Assembly: GCF_009914755.1 (NCBI RefSeq)
Contig: NC_060926.1
Strand: one strand, 5' to 3'
Length of the DNA stretch: 64,000 nt
Source: the human T2T-CHM13v2.0 reference genome, Homo sapiens
Shown here: positions 38,151 to 57,200 of the stretch, piece after piece
How the letters are laid out: every line of letters starts with the position of its first letter
How positions within the stretch are numbered: the first letter of the stretch is position 1
The notes under the pieces: model-generated
Databases searched by the model: none
What the model was told of the DNA's origin: nothing
The model's input: the letters and a program-made list of their open reading frames with translations, nothing else
Translations under genes and position numbers: made by a program

Positions 38151-41100
38151 GAAAGTAATTCCATTTACAATAGCATCTAAAAAAATAAAATACATGGGAA
38201 TAAATTTAAAGAGATGAAAGGCACTACAAAGAATACATCATTGCTGAAAGAAATTAAAGAAGAGCTAAATAAATGGAAAGACATCCTTAGTTCATGGGTA
38301 GGAAGATTCAATATTATTAAGATGTCAATATTACTCAAAGTGATCTACAGATTCAACATAATTCCTAGCAAAATTCCAATAGCTTTTTTATGCAGAAATA
38401 AAAAAGCTAATGCTTACATTCATAAGAAACTATACAGGGTCCCAAATAGCCAGACCTTGAAAAAGAAGGACATTGTGAGAGGAATCACACTTCCCAATCT
38501 CAAACCTTTTTACAAAGTTACAGTAATCAAAACTGTATAGTAATGGTATATCAAAGAACAATATCAAGAGAGTGAAAAGACAATTTACAGAATGGGTGAA
38601 AATATTTTCAAATCATACATCTGATAAAGGTATAAAATCCAAAATATATTGTAAAAACTCCTACAACTCAACAACAAAAAGGAAAAAACAACTGGGCAAA
38701 GGAGGTGAATAGACATTTTTCCAGAGGAAATATACAAATGAGCAAAAAGCACATGCTATGATGTTCAACACTATTGGGAAATTCAAATCAAAACCACAAT
38801 GAGTCACCACTTCATGCAGACTAGAATAACTACTAAAAATAAATAAACAAAATAAAAATAAAAACAGAAAATAAGTTTTGTCAAGTATGTGGAGAAATTG
38901 GAACACATATATTGCTAAATGCAGGCTAAATGCAGAATTATTACATGACCTAGCAATTCCACTTCTAGGCATATACCAAAAAGAAGGGAAAATATAAACT
39001 CAATCAAATATTTATACATTAATGCTCCTTGGAGTATTATTTGCAATAGCCAAAAGGTGAAAACAACCCAAAAATCTATCATCAAGTGAATGGACAAAAA
39101 AAGTCATATATACATACAATGGAATATTATTTAGCCATCAAAAGGAATGAAGCCCTAATACATACTACGACATAGTTGAACCTTCTGAACATTATGCTAA
39201 GTAAAATAAGCCAGATGTAAATGATAAATATATAATTTCATTTAAATGAGATATCTAAAATAGCAAACTTGCAGACAGAAAGTTGATGAGAGGTTACCAG
39301 GGGCTAAGTTTGAGGGTAAGAACAGAAAGTTACTGCTTAATAGACAGAGTTTCTGTTTGGAATGATGAAAAAGTTTTGGAAGTGTTGATTGCTGCACAAC
39401 ACTATGAACATAATGCTACCGAATTTTACAATTAAATATGGTTAAAATGGCAAGTATTGCCACAATAAAATTAAAAAAAAATCCTCAACTTCTTGGGAAA
39501 CTGAAGACAGTTGTATTTATTAAGGACAGGACATAACACAATTGAATTGAGAAGAGCATCACTAAATGGAAAGAGTTACTTATTAGGCTGAGTAATGCTG
39601 GCTCCTAGAATGAGTTAAGAAGAAAAGAAAACAAAAGACCTATCTCACTGAGTAATCTAGATAATTGGATGTAAAATTCTTAGAGGTAAATGAGAAAAGT
39701 AGTGATGAGAATAAATGAGTGTGTAGTGAGACATTATCAACTGCCTTCCTTAAACTGGGCTCTGGTAATGGGAATATAGTAAAACTGACTGACATTTTAA
39801 TCCTCATTGGCTGTGTAGGAGAAATGTGATCTCTTGGTTTCTATAGCTCTTTGTCATGAAATTTATTATCATAGCACAGTAGGAGCGCAAAGGTGCTAGT
39901 AATCAGAATATCAGATAAATGAATCTTTACTATAGTTTTAAATCCTCAAAGTTAATGTTCCACAGTAATACTGTTCATATTTTAACATTAATTAGACTTT
40001 AAACTTTAGACTTCTTTCACTTTATCTTATTTTGCTTTTATTATATAAGCCCTACATTTTCACGTCCTCATTATGTACCCTATTTCTTTCCCCTATTACC
40101 TTGCCCCAAACTCAGCTGTCCAAATGCCAATTTCTTGCACAAGTTTATCTCATACTCTATTTTTCAAAAGCACAGATTCCATGACCAATTCCAATGTGCA
40201 GTTTCTTTCTGCAACATGGTCAGAAATGCTATTATATAAAAATACAAGTAAATTCTATGCTGTTTCCCCTAGATAATACCAGATTCTACTTTGTATAATA
40301 CTGGACTTGTATTTATTTCCAAAAGAAGAAGACATTACTGAACCAACACATTGCTTTCTACACAGAATTGTGAATTCACCTTCATTTATCCATGAGGATC
40401 TGATTTGATCTGCTAGTTACATTCAGTTAAAGTAATTTAAAAATATAAATCTAAGATGTAAGTTATACATATGGCAAGACAGAGGTCTTGATAATACATT
40501 GAGGAAGCCAGTGTTCAGTCCCTCAATCTCTGCTGACTACTTTCTCATTTCTCCATTCCCTGACTCCCTACTATGGTCACTATCTATACCTCACCTTTTC
40601 ATCTCCTCCCCCATTGCTGTTTACCTGAGTTGTACTTATTTTCTTGATACCTGTTTTTCTATGCATCAAATTTCTGCTAATGTGTTAGATTCTTTAATTG
40701 GGAGACAAGTGTTTGTTGAGTCAACTATACTAGAGTGCTTGCACTACTGGCCCCCAAATTCCCTGATTTATAGCTTGTATTTTGTCTTTAGTATTCAACT
40801 TATTCATTTTATAAATCTAAGTTCCCTCAAACTTGTAAACATAATTTACAATCTGGTATGGTCACTTGTAAATATACTAATTTGTGTTACAAGTGCTTAC
40901 TTTTACTTGTATTCTTTGTTTCATGCTCAATTACCTTACCATTTGGACAGTGGAAAACTGCCTTAAACATTTACCATGGTTTAAAAATTTTATTAATTCC
41001 TTAAAACATTTCAGACTACATGAAAAAAACAGTCCATTTTTCTCAAGAATTCAATACATCTACATCTAAATCTAGTCAACATATGCTTCCTAACATTTAC

Positions 41101-42195
41101 AAAACTCTTAAATCTAATATATCAGACTCTTAAATTTTAAAAATCATATAGTATAAAGTTTCAAAAAAAGCAAAAAATATAATAATTACAAATTAGCAAT
41201 GCTAGGGATTTTGATAAACCTGCACTCATTTAAATGCACCTACACAAATATTAATATATACACATAAACATTATTATGAGTATAAGACAACTTTAAGCTT
41301 TGTGACCAAACCCAAAGATTTGGGTGAAGGATTTCATTGGTGGTTACCATTATGGTGTCTAAAATGATTAAAATTTGCCAGACACAACCCACTGGTCACC
41401 ACTGTGAGAACCAGACCAATCTAGGAGCTATAATCTTGGAAGACACCCAATTGACTTAATATTTATTTAAATCAATAGGAATGTCTCCAAAAGACTATTT
41501 GCCTTCTGATTAGTTTTTTAATTGTCTGAATATATAACCAGAGACTACTTAAACAAGAAGAACCTAAAATGTAGTGAATTAAGAAATTTATTTTCCCATG
41601 AGCAGAGTGAGAGCCCATTAGAGGTCAAGGGAAATAATAAAACAACTAGAGAAAGACAAAGAGACCAATGTTTTCTCTATGAGTGCCAGAGTATTGTCTA
41701 AGTAAATTTACAAATGCTGTGGATAGATTCTTGACTAGAGCTTTCAGGAGTTTAATGAATCTTCTTCCCCCAAACAAGTATAAAATTGAACAAAATTATC
41801 AGAACAAATCTTATCAAGGATCCGGAAATAGACAAAGAGGAAACAAGGAAGTGAGAAGGGATTATTCATGATAACCTGCCAGAGCATCAGGTAAGAACAA
41901 CGTCTGTTTTGTGTGAAGCTGCTTTCTTCCTTCTCTCTTGATCTTTGTCAGGTGGAAGGACAGTTTTCTCAGGGTATGGCTAACCACCATAACCAGAAGC
42001 TTTGCTGTCAAAAAGGGCACACTTTATTTGGGGCAAAATGCAGAAACCCACAGTGATTTTTTCATCAATAATAGCAAACTCAGCAGGAAATAAAGGGGAA
42101 AACCTACAACTCTGCTAGGACTAGTTTGCGGTCATAATTGGTGCACAGAAGGGACTAGCCACAAATTTACAAGGAGATCCTGGATATTGGAAACT

Positions 42196-42466
42196 GAGCT
42201 CTTTATCTGCGTTCACATGATACTTTTGTTTAAAAGCGTGTGGCACTTCCCCAATCCCCCAACATTGTCTCTCTCTTGCTCCTAATTTCACCATGCCGTA
42301 CAGGCTCCCACTTCACCTTCTATCATGAGTCAAAGATCCCTGACACCTCCCCAGAAGCCAAGTAATGTCAGCACCTATAGAATCATCAGCCAATTAAACC
42401 TCTTTTCTTTGTAAATTATCCAGTCTCAGGTATTTCTTTATAGCAACGCAAGAATAGCCTAACACA
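42196..42466 (+). mobile_element. MST/THE1-type LTR, 3' portion
   Basis: CCTCCCCAGAAGCC..AGCCAATTAAACCTCTTTTCTTTGTAAATTATCCAGTCTCAGGTATTTCTTTATAGCAA..CTAACACA. Confidence 0.8.
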
Positions 42467-42469
42467 TCA

Positions 42470-43510
42470 GGGACAAATTTCACTTGTTCATAGCATGTAA
42501 CACGTTTAATGTCCTACTGAATTTGGTTTGCTAGTATTTTATTGAGGACTTTTACATCTATGTTCATTAGCAATATTGGCCTGTAATTTCCAAGCATCTT
42601 TGCTGATCACAATGAAATAAAACTAGAATGATAACAACAGTAAGAAATAGGGTAAATTCATAAACACAAAGAAACTAAGTAAAACAATCAATAGGTCCAA
42701 AGAGGAAGTCAAAAGGGAATTTCAAAATACCTTCAGACGGATGAAAACAAACACAATATCCCAGAACTAATGAAATGCAGGAAAAGTATCTCTTAATTAC
42801 TTGGAGGGAAGTGTATAGACATAAATGCCTACATTAAAAATGAAGAAAGGTCTTTTTTTCCTTAGCCTCCTCCCTCCAGGAAAGGTCTTAAATAAACCAC
42901 CTAACTTTATGCCTTACTCTCTAATTCCTTATACCTCAAGAAATTAGAAAAAAAAAAAAAAAAAACAAATTAAACCCAATGTTAGCAGAAGGAATAAAAT
43001 AATTAAGATCAGAGTAGAAATAAACCAAATAGAGAATATAAAAAGCTTTAGAAGAACATTAAAAAACTAAGAATTTTTTGAAAAACACAATCAACAAATT
43101 CTTCTACTAAGAAAAAAAGAAGATTCAAATAAACAAAATCAGAGATAAAACAGGCAACATTACAACAGATGCCAAAGAAATAAAAATAATCATAAGGAAC
43201 TATTAGGAACACTTATATACAAACAAATTAGATAACCTATAAAAAAAGAATAAATTCCCAGAAACTTACAACCTACCAAAACTGAATTAAGATGAAATAG
43301 AAAGCCAAAACAGATAACAAGTGAATTTTAATTATTAATTAAAGACCTCCCAACAACATAAAAAACTCAGGACTTATGGCTTTATGGATGAATCCTGCAA
43401 AACATTCAAAGAATAATTAGCAACAATCATTCTTAAACTCTTTTTAAACTAGAAGAAGAACGAACACTTCCAAGCTCATTTTATGAGGCAGTATCAACCT
43501 GCTAGCCAAA
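42470..43510. mobile_element. Old L1 ORF2 fragments (42470-42590 minus; 42592-43510 plus)
   Basis: TTTGCTAGTATTTTATTGAGGA (antisense ORF2), then sense EN/linker remnants to CTCATTTTATGAGGC. Confidence 0.7.
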
Positions 43511-43671
43511 GACAAAGTCATCTTTTAAAAACTGTTTCGAAATGTTTACATTGAAATATCATAGAAGTGTTTAACTGTGTCAAAGTCACTAATCTCTTCA
43601 AACTTCATAGAGATAACTTCTGAGCCTTTATTTGCATCAAACTAATTTAAATTGGTCATATAAAGTTTTTC

Positions 43672-49727
<6,056 letters not shown>

Positions 49728-52700
49728 AAAGTTTTTCTACATAAATCATAAATTTTCCAATATTATTTTAAAATACTGTTGTCTTAATTACATGTTTTTA
49801 TGCTGTTGCACTTATAGGAATGCTAATTACGCCCCCAAAAGTTCAAAATTATAGTGAAATCTATTTTTGTGAGGGAGATTGTTTATGATAATACATAAGA
49901 TAACTATCTTCTTTACTTTGGTGAAATAAAATCAACACATTTGGAATTTCTAAGAGACATCTTATTTCCAAAGTTCTTACTGAAATTTTAAGAAAGTGAC
50001 AGCAGATAGGTCATTTGGGGAGGATGTAAGAGGTACATTGATAAAATGATTTAACGTGTATAAACCACTTACGAAAACCTGATACAAAGTAATCTTAAAT
50101 TTGATCAAATAAAAGCATGACCTAAATTTCCATGCAACCTCACATGTCTCACTTCTCCTCTGGAGAATTCAAATAACCCATAATGTCACGTTGAAAGAAA
50201 ATGAGGGTTCATGCGGGTTCATCTAAGACACCCACGTCTCTTTAGATCAATAGGAGAATTAACAGATATGCAATTTTACGTTCAAAGGCACTTAATGACA
50301 GCTAAGGGAACTACTGCAGAAAAGTCTTATGATCTTTTCATGTGAGGTGAAACCTCAAATTTGGAGACTTGTAAGAGTTCTGGTGATAAAAGAAACAATA
50401 AATAAATACACTTAGGGAAGGGTCATATCATTTACACTTCGTTATTCATTTATGTCAGTTTATACGTAGCTAAAAGATTTAACCAGTTCTCTTCACTCCA
50501 GAAAACATAGAAAAGGGTTATGTTGATGGGATAAGTTACTCCCAGTGGGAACAGTGGCTTCCTTAAAGAATACTACCATTTGCACCTAGAAGGATCAGAT
50601 GTGAGAGAGACAAGAGAGTGGTAATGACTTTTTAACTCCAGTACTTAAGAACTACAAGTGCTATGCTTATGATCTCAAAAACTAAGTTAAAAACTAAACA
50701 GAATCCCACATAGGATTTTGGACTTACATTTAATGTTATTTAATGTGCTGAAGGAGATTATGTGAAATATTTACTGAGTTTCTACTATGTCTCAGGCACT
50801 GTGCACAGTGAGGTGATACAAGAATAAGTAGAACACTTGTAGCTTTGGCTCACTATAATACACAAGAAAGACACATTAACTGATAATCACAATACTTTGT
50901 AAAAAGTGATATGACTAATGTAAGCAATGCATAATAGAAAGGTACATTAAAAGCATATCTAATGTACCAAACTAAATAATTTTTAAATATGAAACCAGTT
51001 CTGTAGAAATTACAATAACAAATTCTCAGAAAATGAAATATAAATGTTATATCTTTTATAATAAAAATATGGCTAAATACTAATGAAAATTGGAACATAA
51101 ATGACTATTATATCAACATTGTTGAAACGAATCTGGAGGCCACATATCAAGATATATTAAGAAACATTTATAAATATGCCTGAAGTCTGAAATGAATTAT
51201 GGGGAATCAAAACAATTATGTTAACTCTGAGTATCACTTATTTTTTTCTTTTGTAAAGTATTCGTGATTCTAAAATTAATAAATAAAATTAAATTTTTAG
51301 TAGAATGGAAATCATCATTCCTTATTTATCATTTATTTTCATATGGTTTTTAATGTTAAATAATATTATTTTTAAGGTTAAGTAATATCTTATGTTTTAA
51401 TGCCAAAACTTTCAAACATCATTAACCACAGAAATGCTTGAAATTATGGTAAATTTAACAATTTTACTAAAAGAATTATATAACAATGCATACTTGCAAG
51501 TTGCATTTCTTTCAGTACATCACTTGCATTTGGGTAGGTAAATTCTGAAACAGGAATTTCATTTGTATTTCTAGCTCACACAGCTTTCTAGCTTCTTAGT
51601 TGCAATACTCCTTCAAACAATAGGTTATACAACCACATAAAGTGGGAACAATTTAGGAACTTTCTTTATAGATTTCTGGATTTACAGTCACGATTTTATA
51701 AATACATTTTCCAAGTGAAATAAACACGACAAAGAGAAAAATGAACAAAAAAACCTTTCATTTTCTGATGAATTTATTGGATAGTCTAAGTGTCTTTCAT
51801 CGAATTGTCACATTCTAAACTGATGTGTGAATTGCTAAAGGTTATGCTTATATGCTATGTTTTGAATAAGCTGGAAGTCCATCTTTAATTATTAATACAG
51901 CATATTAGGTGATAAGTGCATTTCTCTGATGTTTACTACAGCACAATAATCAATATGGTTAACTCATTTACACAAACTAATTAAAATTTAATTGCATTTC
52001 ACTGAAAGATTATTAATATTTAAACAAACAAAATTCTACATAAGAACAAAAAGACAATGTTAATAATTTATCCTCAGTTTCAAGACTTTCATAGATGCAA
52101 ATCATGCTTTGAAACTCTCTTCTAATGAATTCATAATAAATATTCAAAGCCAACACATTTAAAAACCCTGTGACAAGTTAGAGTCTAATAAAATGTGAGA
52201 TATACTAGCAACATATTCTCATTCAAGTTAGTCCACAAGCATTACATGAGGTAAGCACTAAATTAATAAAGGATAAATTCTGTTACTGTCAGCATATGTA
52301 GCTGTTACAATTTTCAGTTATTATATCAAGCCAAAAATAGATTAATATAAATGAAAATAGAATTTTGTATGACTAACAGTAGAACCTTTTAAAAATAGTA
52401 TTTATGAAAGCTTTTTATAATACTGAATATGAAAGACTAGGAAAAGGTGTTAAGGAAGATTTGAAAATTTCCTGAATAATTTATCAGTAAGAGAGTACAC
52501 ACCAAATCGAGAAAAGAAGGCAATTCTAACTTGAATAGAGCTGTGAGTGAGAAAAAGAAACATTTACCACTCTCACACTGTTTTGGAAATGTGTAGAGCA
52601 AAGATGAAGTAAAAGAATACAAACACAAGGCTGCCTAACTGAGTTAATTTGGGGAGAATATTTTTTGGGGGGCGGGAGTCAGCCACTACATTATTATTCT

Positions 52701-52979
52701 GTGGTAATGGGAAGAAAAAAACTCAAAATTTGGAGCTCCTTTATTTGGAGCTACATTTGCCACTACATAGTTCAATACACTTCATAGTTCAATAGCTCAT
52801 AGTTCAAATATCACAGGCTTTCAATCCCTGAGCAGTTTGCATCCTGGTGCCAGCATAGTTCAATAGTAGTCAGATATTTAATTAAGCCCACAGAAAAGTT
52901 GAGATAGTTAGCTAGTCATATATAGAAAACAAATATATCGATACCACAAAATTTACTCTTAAATTTATTCATATAAATA

Positions 52980-53620
52980 TCAATATGGCCAAAAGAAACT
53001 GAATACCAACTCTTATCTTACATAATATATAAAACTTTACTCAAAATGGATCACAGATCTGAATGTAAAAGCTAAAACTAGAAAAGTTCTGGAAAAATAT
53101 TAGAGAAATTCTTTGTCATCTAGTGTAAGAGAAACTTTCTTAGAAGTAGGCAAAATATTTTAACAGGCACTTTGCAAATAAAAGATTCATGAACGGCCAA
53201 TAAGCATATAATAAAATGTTTAGCAGGAAAATGGGTTTAAAATGATGGTATGTCTATGTGATGATACACGACACAACAATAAAAAGGAAATTAACTACTA
53301 TTGATAAATGCAACAACATGGATGAATCTCTAAATTATTTTCTTGTGTGAAATGAAGTAGACAAAAGTAGTGCATACTCCATGGTTTCACTTATATAAAA
53401 ATCCAGAAAATTAAAACATACATAGTGACAAGAGGCTTGTGTGCAGCCAGGAGCAGAGAAAGAAACAGGTTGCAAAGGTGTATAAGGAATGTTTGGCATG
53501 ATAGAGATGTTTGTGGTAATGGTTCCACAGTTACATTATCACTCAGACTTCATAAAATTTTATCTTGTCCATGGTTTAAGTTTATATAAATTACAGCTCT
53601 AAAACTTAATAAGACGACTA
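52980..53620 (+). mobile_element. Highly decayed L1ME-type 3' fragments
   Basis: ACTCAAAATGGATCACAGATCTGAATGTAAAAGCTAAAACTA; GCAACAACATGGATGAATCTC. Confidence 0.6.
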
Positions 53621-54278
53621 TATAAAGGATTTATACACAAGACTGTGTATCATGTTACAGATTTAAATAGAAAACAATTAATATATAATTTCCAATATGA
53701 GTTTAAGTAAATTATAATCCAGTTGCATAAGTCAGTTTCACTAAAAACTAAACCATTAAAATTGTTATATATTGTATATACATAATTAAATTTCTATGGT
53801 TAGCCTTTTATACATTTAATAACATATCATGATTCAAATATGAATATTATGAGCATTAGGTTTATGATATGTATGAATATGAAGAGTATTATAATTATTA
53901 TACAAAAAAGAAACATAAAGATATCATATATTTTAATAACAGATCTGGAGAATTAGTATTGTAAGGGCTCTAGTAACAAAGTTACTTAAGTTTGGAGTAG
54001 GCTTCTTCTAAACCTATTTCTTCTAAAACACCTGTTAGTTTTAGTGCATGCTTTTGCAGAAAGCAAGGTTTCTGAGGAAAACATATAATTGGCAAAAATT
54101 ACACATTCATTATACATTATAATTATAGTCTAATTATATCTTTCCAGGATGCTGTTTTTTAAAAGTCAATGAGGTATTTAAGATAGATGTGTAATTCAGT
54201 GTTATGTTTTTGATGTAAAATTGATGTGCATAAAAAGTTCAGAGACAGGAGAAACCAATGAATAAGAAAAAATTGTTC

Positions 54279-57200
54279 TGGTTCAAGATAGCTGACTGGA
54301 ACAAGCTAGTGGGTACACTCTCACAGAGAGGAATCAAATTAGCAAGGAAATGTTAACACTTCAAGTTGATTTTCTGAGAGAGAAAACTGGAATTCATCAG
54401 AGAAACAACAGAAATCATGGGAAGCAGAGAAGAGTGAAGCCAAGCAGCGCGCTGAGTTGGAAGCAGCATCTAGCTAGGAGAGGCTCCCCAACACAGGGAA
54501 GGGCTGAATAAATGAGAGACTCCTGAGGCTCCGCACTCTGGCCAAAGACCTTTACAATTCTAGCTATGGGAGAGCCCCTTCTATCCCCGTGGGCCTCCAG
54601 ACTAACACAGGAAGCTGCCTAGATACTGTGCAGAGGCATTGTTCAAGCCCACGAGAAATGCCACAGGCTTTGATCACAGCAGTTGCATCCTAGTGCCAGC
54701 TGCGCTGCCCTACCAGGAAGAGAGTGGAAAGGTGGGCATTTTCATGCACCCCAAAGATAGACACAACAGCCACTGCTGTGGGATGAACGAGTGGACAAAA
54801 CACACACCCCACAGCTGTCTGCCTCCACTGCTCCCCTATCTAGTGGGCAGACCACATAAGCCATGGCTGCCTTCCTCAGCAGCTGCCTGGCCCCTACCTG
54901 AGTATTTTGGCTATGCCCCAGCATTATTCTGAGATCCCAGCCCCCAAAGGCTGGTAATCTGCCCTGGGGCTCCTAAAACAGTTGCCACCACCATTACCAC
55001 CACAGTCTCTGCTATCCTTACCCCATTGTGCCAGGGAAGGAGCAACGAGACTGGGCACATTTGTGTGCCTCGAACAGTAAAATCTACCACTGCCTCTACA
55101 GGAGAGAAGTGCAAGTGAGCCGTGTGCCTGAAGCTTCCAAACTCCATGGCTCCCACTGAGGTGGACTGCCCTTCCCAATGGCAGGCCTACAGAGTAGCCA
55201 CTCTGCCTTGGTCTAAGCATTTTGGCTATGGCACAGCACCCTTCTGAAATCCTAGCCCTTGGAGGCCTACATTCTGTTCTGTGGCCCCCACTGCCAATGC
55301 TGCTGCCACCACCATACTCACTGCCAGTCCAGGGAGGGAGCGGGAGACTGGGTACCTTCACATGTCCCAGCGAGGGATACCTGTTGCTGCTTCTGTGAGA
55401 GGGAGGCATGAGTGAGCCATGTACCCCACAAGTGCCTTCCTCTACTGCTACTGCTGAGGGGGCCCTGCCTTCCCCACTGACAGGCCCACAGAGTAGCCAC
55501 CCTGCTCCTACCTGATCATTTCAGCTATGGCTCAGAGCTCTTCTGAGAGCCCAGCCGCCAAAGGCCTGTGATCTACCTTGGGGATCCCACCACCTGAGCA
55601 TTTTGCTGACACCTGAGCATTCTGCCTGCCTCTGCCTGAGAGTTCTGCTGGTGACCTGTGGACCAGGCTGCCTCTCAGTATCACAGCCAGCACCTAGACA
55701 CAGGAGACCTGAGGACAAGTTCGCTGGCTTGGCCTCAGTCCAGTCCCTCCAGAACTTGTGTATGCCATTCAGTGGGCCATCTAGGTATCTGGATTTTTTT
55801 CACTCCCTGCAGAATTTAGGTTGGGCTGAACCAACCAGCCTACCCCACCACAGCTGAAACCCACCTACATGTTCTGAAAGGCAGAGCTCTTCCCACGCTA
55901 CATGACATGCATTATCTGAGGCTCTCAGCTACATTGTGGCCTTGAGATGGAGGATAGTGTGCATCTAAACTGAGAATCATGAGCTCTGGGATAGCAGTAT
56001 GATAGAGAAACACATCATGTTCCTGTTTGTCTAGGATGTGGAGCTGGTGCAGTCCCCTCCTCCGCTGCAGACACCGCTACATTTCATCAGGAGTTCCCCG
56101 AGTCAGCCTCATCAGGGCTGCTGCCTGCGATTGTCATGGGGTATTCATGGCTGAGATTGTTGGTCTAGCTCTGCCCAGCTTTGTTTCCCATACCATTCAG
56201 CTGGACAAGGAACCCAGAGCACCAGGTATTTCACAGACTAGCCCATCACCTGAAACAACAGAGTGCACCTCTCAGTAAAGTGAGATGTTGAACTGCATAA
56301 CCCAATACAAAACGTACTGACAGAACTGCACAGAGCTATAGAAGCAGAGCCAAAGGACCCTACCCAACATATGCTACATTCACACACTCAAGGAGAGAAA
56401 AAAAATCCAATTGAAAGTAAATTAAATAAATAAAAAAAACTCCAGGTAAGAAAGATCCAAATTAAGAATGCTGGCACCATGAAAAAACTGAGTGTTATGA
56501 CACCACAAAAGGATCATATTAGCTCTCTAGCAATGGATCCTAACCAAAATAAAAGTTCTGAAATAACAAATAAAGTAATAAAAATATGAATTATCAGGAA
56601 GCCCAATGTGATCCAAAAGGTTGAAAACCAACACAAAGGAATCAGATAAAAACAATTCCAGTTATGAAAGAAGAGATAGATATTAAACAATAATAATCCA
56701 AACAGTACTTGGAAATGAAAAATTCACTTAAGGAATTTCAAACACAATTCAAACATTTAAGATTCAATCAGACCAAGCAAAAACAAACAAACAAAAAAAC
56801 AAACAAAAAAAAAACACTTTCAGAGCTAAAAGACTGGTCATTTGAATTAACTCAGACAAAAATAAAGGCAGAATTTTATAAATGAACAAAGTCTTAGTGA
56901 CCAAGCCTATGAGTTACAGGCAATCCTAAAGGAGAAGGAAAAAAGTTAAAAGTTTGAAAACCACCTTAGAAGGAATAATTTAAAAAATTGTCTGATCTTT
57001 CTAGAGATTAAGACATCCACATTTAAAAGAGCTCAGAGAATGCCTTGAAAATACTTTGCAAGACAAACTTCACCAAGGCATATAGTTATCAGACTAGCCA
57101 TAGGCAATGTGGATGCAAAATTCTAAAAGCAGCTAGAGAGAAGCATCTACTTACCTATAAAGGAAATCCCATTGGACTAACAGATGACTTATCAGCAGAA

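Noticed and set aside
39847-39935. Possible additional FSIP2-like pseudo-exon after TTGGTTTCTATAG
   Set aside because: Acceptor-like site, but the peptide similarity is too weak to support by eye
40499-40966. 155-aa hydrophobic ORF; also HQISANVLD resembling the FSIP2 exon HSDPSAKILE
   Set aside because: T-rich composition with a TTG start explains the ORF; the peptide resemblance is too short to call as another pseudo-exon
52729-52866. CRISPR-like repeat-spacer array
   Set aside because: Repeats are only 10 bp with irregular spacers, the context is eukaryotic and there are no cas genes
54639-56278. Dense cluster of overlapping ORFs on both strands
   Set aside because: Lies in the GC-rich 5'UTR of an old L1, where few stop codons are expected; no splice or protein-family support
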